This document shows positions 34,003 to 36,530 of a stretch of DNA of 36,530 nucleotides, piece after piece. The notes beneath the pieces are model-generated. The model was not told where the DNA came from and did not search any database. It saw nothing but the letters and a program-made list of their open reading frames with translations. Source of the DNA: Octopus bimaculoides. Lineage: Eukaryota. Position numbers and translations under genes: made by a program. The stretch spans positions 71,873,310 through 71,909,839 of the forward strand of contig NC_068983.1 in the NCBI RefSeq assembly GCF_001194135.2. Direction: 5' to 3'. Each line of letters opens with the position of its first letter. Position 1 is the stretch's first letter.

Positions 34003-34076
34003 TTATGTATGTGTGAGTGTGTGTGTGGGTAGTGTATTTGTGGGGAGATTAAGTGGTTAAGAATTATTATAGACAC

Positions 34077-34225
34077 AGGCTGTGTAGTTAAGAAGCTTGC
34101 TACCCAACCATGTGGTTTTAGGTTCAGTTCCACTGCATGGCATCTAGGGCAAGTGTCTTCTATAACCCAGGGCTGATCAAAGCCTTGTTATTGAATTTGG
34201 TAGATGGAAACTAAAAGAATCCTGT

Positions 34226-34271
<46 letters not shown>

Positions 34272-34585
34272 TGAGAGAGAGAGAGAGATGATATACACAC
34301 ACATGCACACACACACACACACACGTGTGTATACATATATGTTTGTGTGTCCTTATCTTGAGAACATATGAAGATTGTAAATGAGCATCACTATCATACA
34401 AGCAGGTCCTCTTGTTTCCTGTCTTCTGTGGTAAATATGTCTGGTCATAGAGAAATATTGCATTGCTTGGAAACAGGTGATGTTTAGCAACGAGAGGAGG
34501 GGCATCTGGCCAGAGAAAATCTGCCTCAACATATTCCACCTGACCTTTATAGTAGCATAGAAAACTAGATGTTAAAATGATGATG
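34077..34585 (+). mobile_element. Composite SINE: same tRNA head and CORE as 31581-31988 but with an RTE-type tail
   Basis: Head 34077-34226, (GT)/(GA)/(CA) tract, module 34345-34490, tail GGGCATCTGGCCAGAGAAAATCTGCC...AGCATAGAAAACTAGATGTTAAAATGATGATG. Confidence 0.72.
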
Positions 34586-34657
34586 TGCCGCCACTGCTAC
34601 TGCTGCTGAAGCCACCGCTACGGCCACCGCCACTGCTGCTGCCGCCAGCACTGACAA

Positions 34658-34876
34658 TCATCATCATCATCATTGTCGTTTAACGTCCACTTTCCATGCT
34701 AGCATGGGTTGGACGATTTGACTGAGGACTGGTGAAACCAGATGGCTAAACCAGGCTCCAATCTGATTTGGCAGAGTTTCTACAGCTGGATACTCTTCCT
34801 AACGCCAACCACTCAGAGAGTGTAGTGGGTGCTTTTACGTGCCACCGGCACTAAGGCCAGTTAGGCGGTACTGGCA
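34658..34876 (-). mobile_element. RTE 3' UTR fragment
   Basis: Reverse complement of the 24760-24974 sequence (TTTAACGTCCACTTTCCATGCTAGCATGGGTTGGACG...). Confidence 0.88.
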
Positions 34877-35068
34877 GGTGATGACAATGATGATGACAAT
34901 GATATCAATGATGACGATGATAATGATGATGATGATGGTGATGGTGAATCATAACATTCTAGGTTGATCTTATCTTATACAAGTGCCTTATCTTATTGAT
35001 CCAGAATACTGTGAAGGAAATTGAACAAATGGAAACTGTGAAGAAACCACTCAGACAGATTGTAACTT

Positions 35069-35170
35069 ATAATTCAAAGGGTTGGCTTTGTCATACACTG
35101 TGTCACACTGATCTTGTCTTAGGAATATATTACGGGAAGACATATCTATGGAATACTCAGCCACTTGTTC
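35069..35170 (+). mobile_element. Old SINE 3' fragment
   Basis: AATTCAAAGGGTTGGCTTTGTCATACACTGTGTCAC...CTCAGCCACTTG is a decayed reverse complement of 23125-23222. Confidence 0.55.
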
Positions 35171-35639
35171 AATAATTCAATGAATAGGCAGTTTTAACTG
35201 CTTGAACAATTGGAATGTCCATTGCTGAAACTAACAGGGGAATCATTTACTGTAATATGTATGTATGCTATGAGTGTGCACGGGTATATACGTTAAAAGT
35301 GTGTGTATGTATTCATGTATTCTATGTGTGCATGTGTGTGTGTGTGTGTGTGTGTAAGAATGTGTTTATTGATGTGATTGTACTTTTTAAATTCATATTA
35401 TACATAAGGGTTTTTTTTTTTGTAAATAGCTGTCATGTCAAGCTATATTTAGATGTTATCATTAATAAAAGACTTTTTTTAAAAAACGGCAAATGTAGTA
35501 AATGCTCCATCAAGTTCTAAATATGGTTATTAATTACTCTTTCATTTAGCAAAATAAATATAATTTCAAGTAAGACTGAGTGATTGCATTTTAAACTCTT
35601 CAATTAACCATGTCTAATTTGGAGTAGTGTTTGTGTACA

Positions 35640-36052
<413 letters not shown>

Positions 36053-36231
36053 AAAGGTTTCATAATCGGGTCAGAAACGAATCTTTGAACCACCTTTTTC
36101 TGCTCCCTGGCAACTGAGGACAAGGGCAGACCAAGCTAACCTGTTTCCAACTAACCTCCTGCCAGAGTGTTTGCCCCTTTTTTTTGGCCAAGTTTATGGT
36201 ATTTTTCATATATATATTTATTTATTTATTT

Positions 36232-36530
36232 ATGGGCTTCAGCCAAGTGGCTGTGGTCATGCTGGAGCACCACCATGACTTTCCGTCTTTATGTTGTGCT
36301 CTCTTCACGTTCCTTGCATGGCTCTTCTCCTCCACCTGATATAGTCCAATCAAGAGTTATGATGGCACATCTGATGTATAAGAGAATTTGACATCGCTGC
36401 CCTAAACTGTGTCTCATTTCGAGCCATTGGATCGTCTGGTATCGTGGAGAGGAAAGCGTCGAGTTTTATTTTGAAGACCTCTATATCCATGTCTTGCAGG
36501 TCTCTCAAATGTTTTGGCAGGGCATTAAAG
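36232..36530 (-). mobile_element. CR1-type LINE 3' end, related to the 10-14 kb element, running off the window edge
   Basis: 36529-36353 reads FNALPKHLRDLQDMDIEVFKIKLDAFLSTIPDDPMARNETQFRAAMSNSLIHQMCHHNS without interruption, with a stop at 36350-36352. It is homologous to 13795-13965. Tail GGTGGTGCTCCAGCATGACCACAGCCACTTGGCTGAAG. Confidence 0.88.

Overview
Eukaryotic, AT-rich, microsatellite-dense draft-assembly sequence with eight N gaps (about 3.6 kb in total). The repeat families look like those of an octopus/cephalopod genome; this is my inference from family recognition, not a database result. I found no intact protein-coding gene, rRNA, true tRNA gene or CRISPR array. The window is mostly transposon remnants: an internally deleted Helitron (about 1-2000), mariner-, piggyBac- and long-TIR MITEs, and a near full-length decayed CR1-type LINE (about 10.07-14.04 kb) plus two other CR1 3' ends. 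It also holds many RTE-clade LINE pieces (one lacking its RT domain, one ending in three C2H2 fingers), two restriction-like-endonuclease LINE fragments, two Penelope-like repeats and more than a dozen tRNA/CORE SINE copies or fragments. Best leads: (1) one SINE head/core joined to either a CR1-type or an RTE-type tail, with both LINE types in the window and a covarying 3' stem-loop; (2) hammerhead-ribozyme-like geometry in the Penelope-like repeats; (3) a LINE-borne triple C2H2 array; (4) two phase-compatible minus-strand microexon candidates that splice to an SH3-like motif; (5) a SINE with a displaced 22-bp duplication suggesting 3' transduction. Boundaries of decayed elements are approximate (tens of bp).
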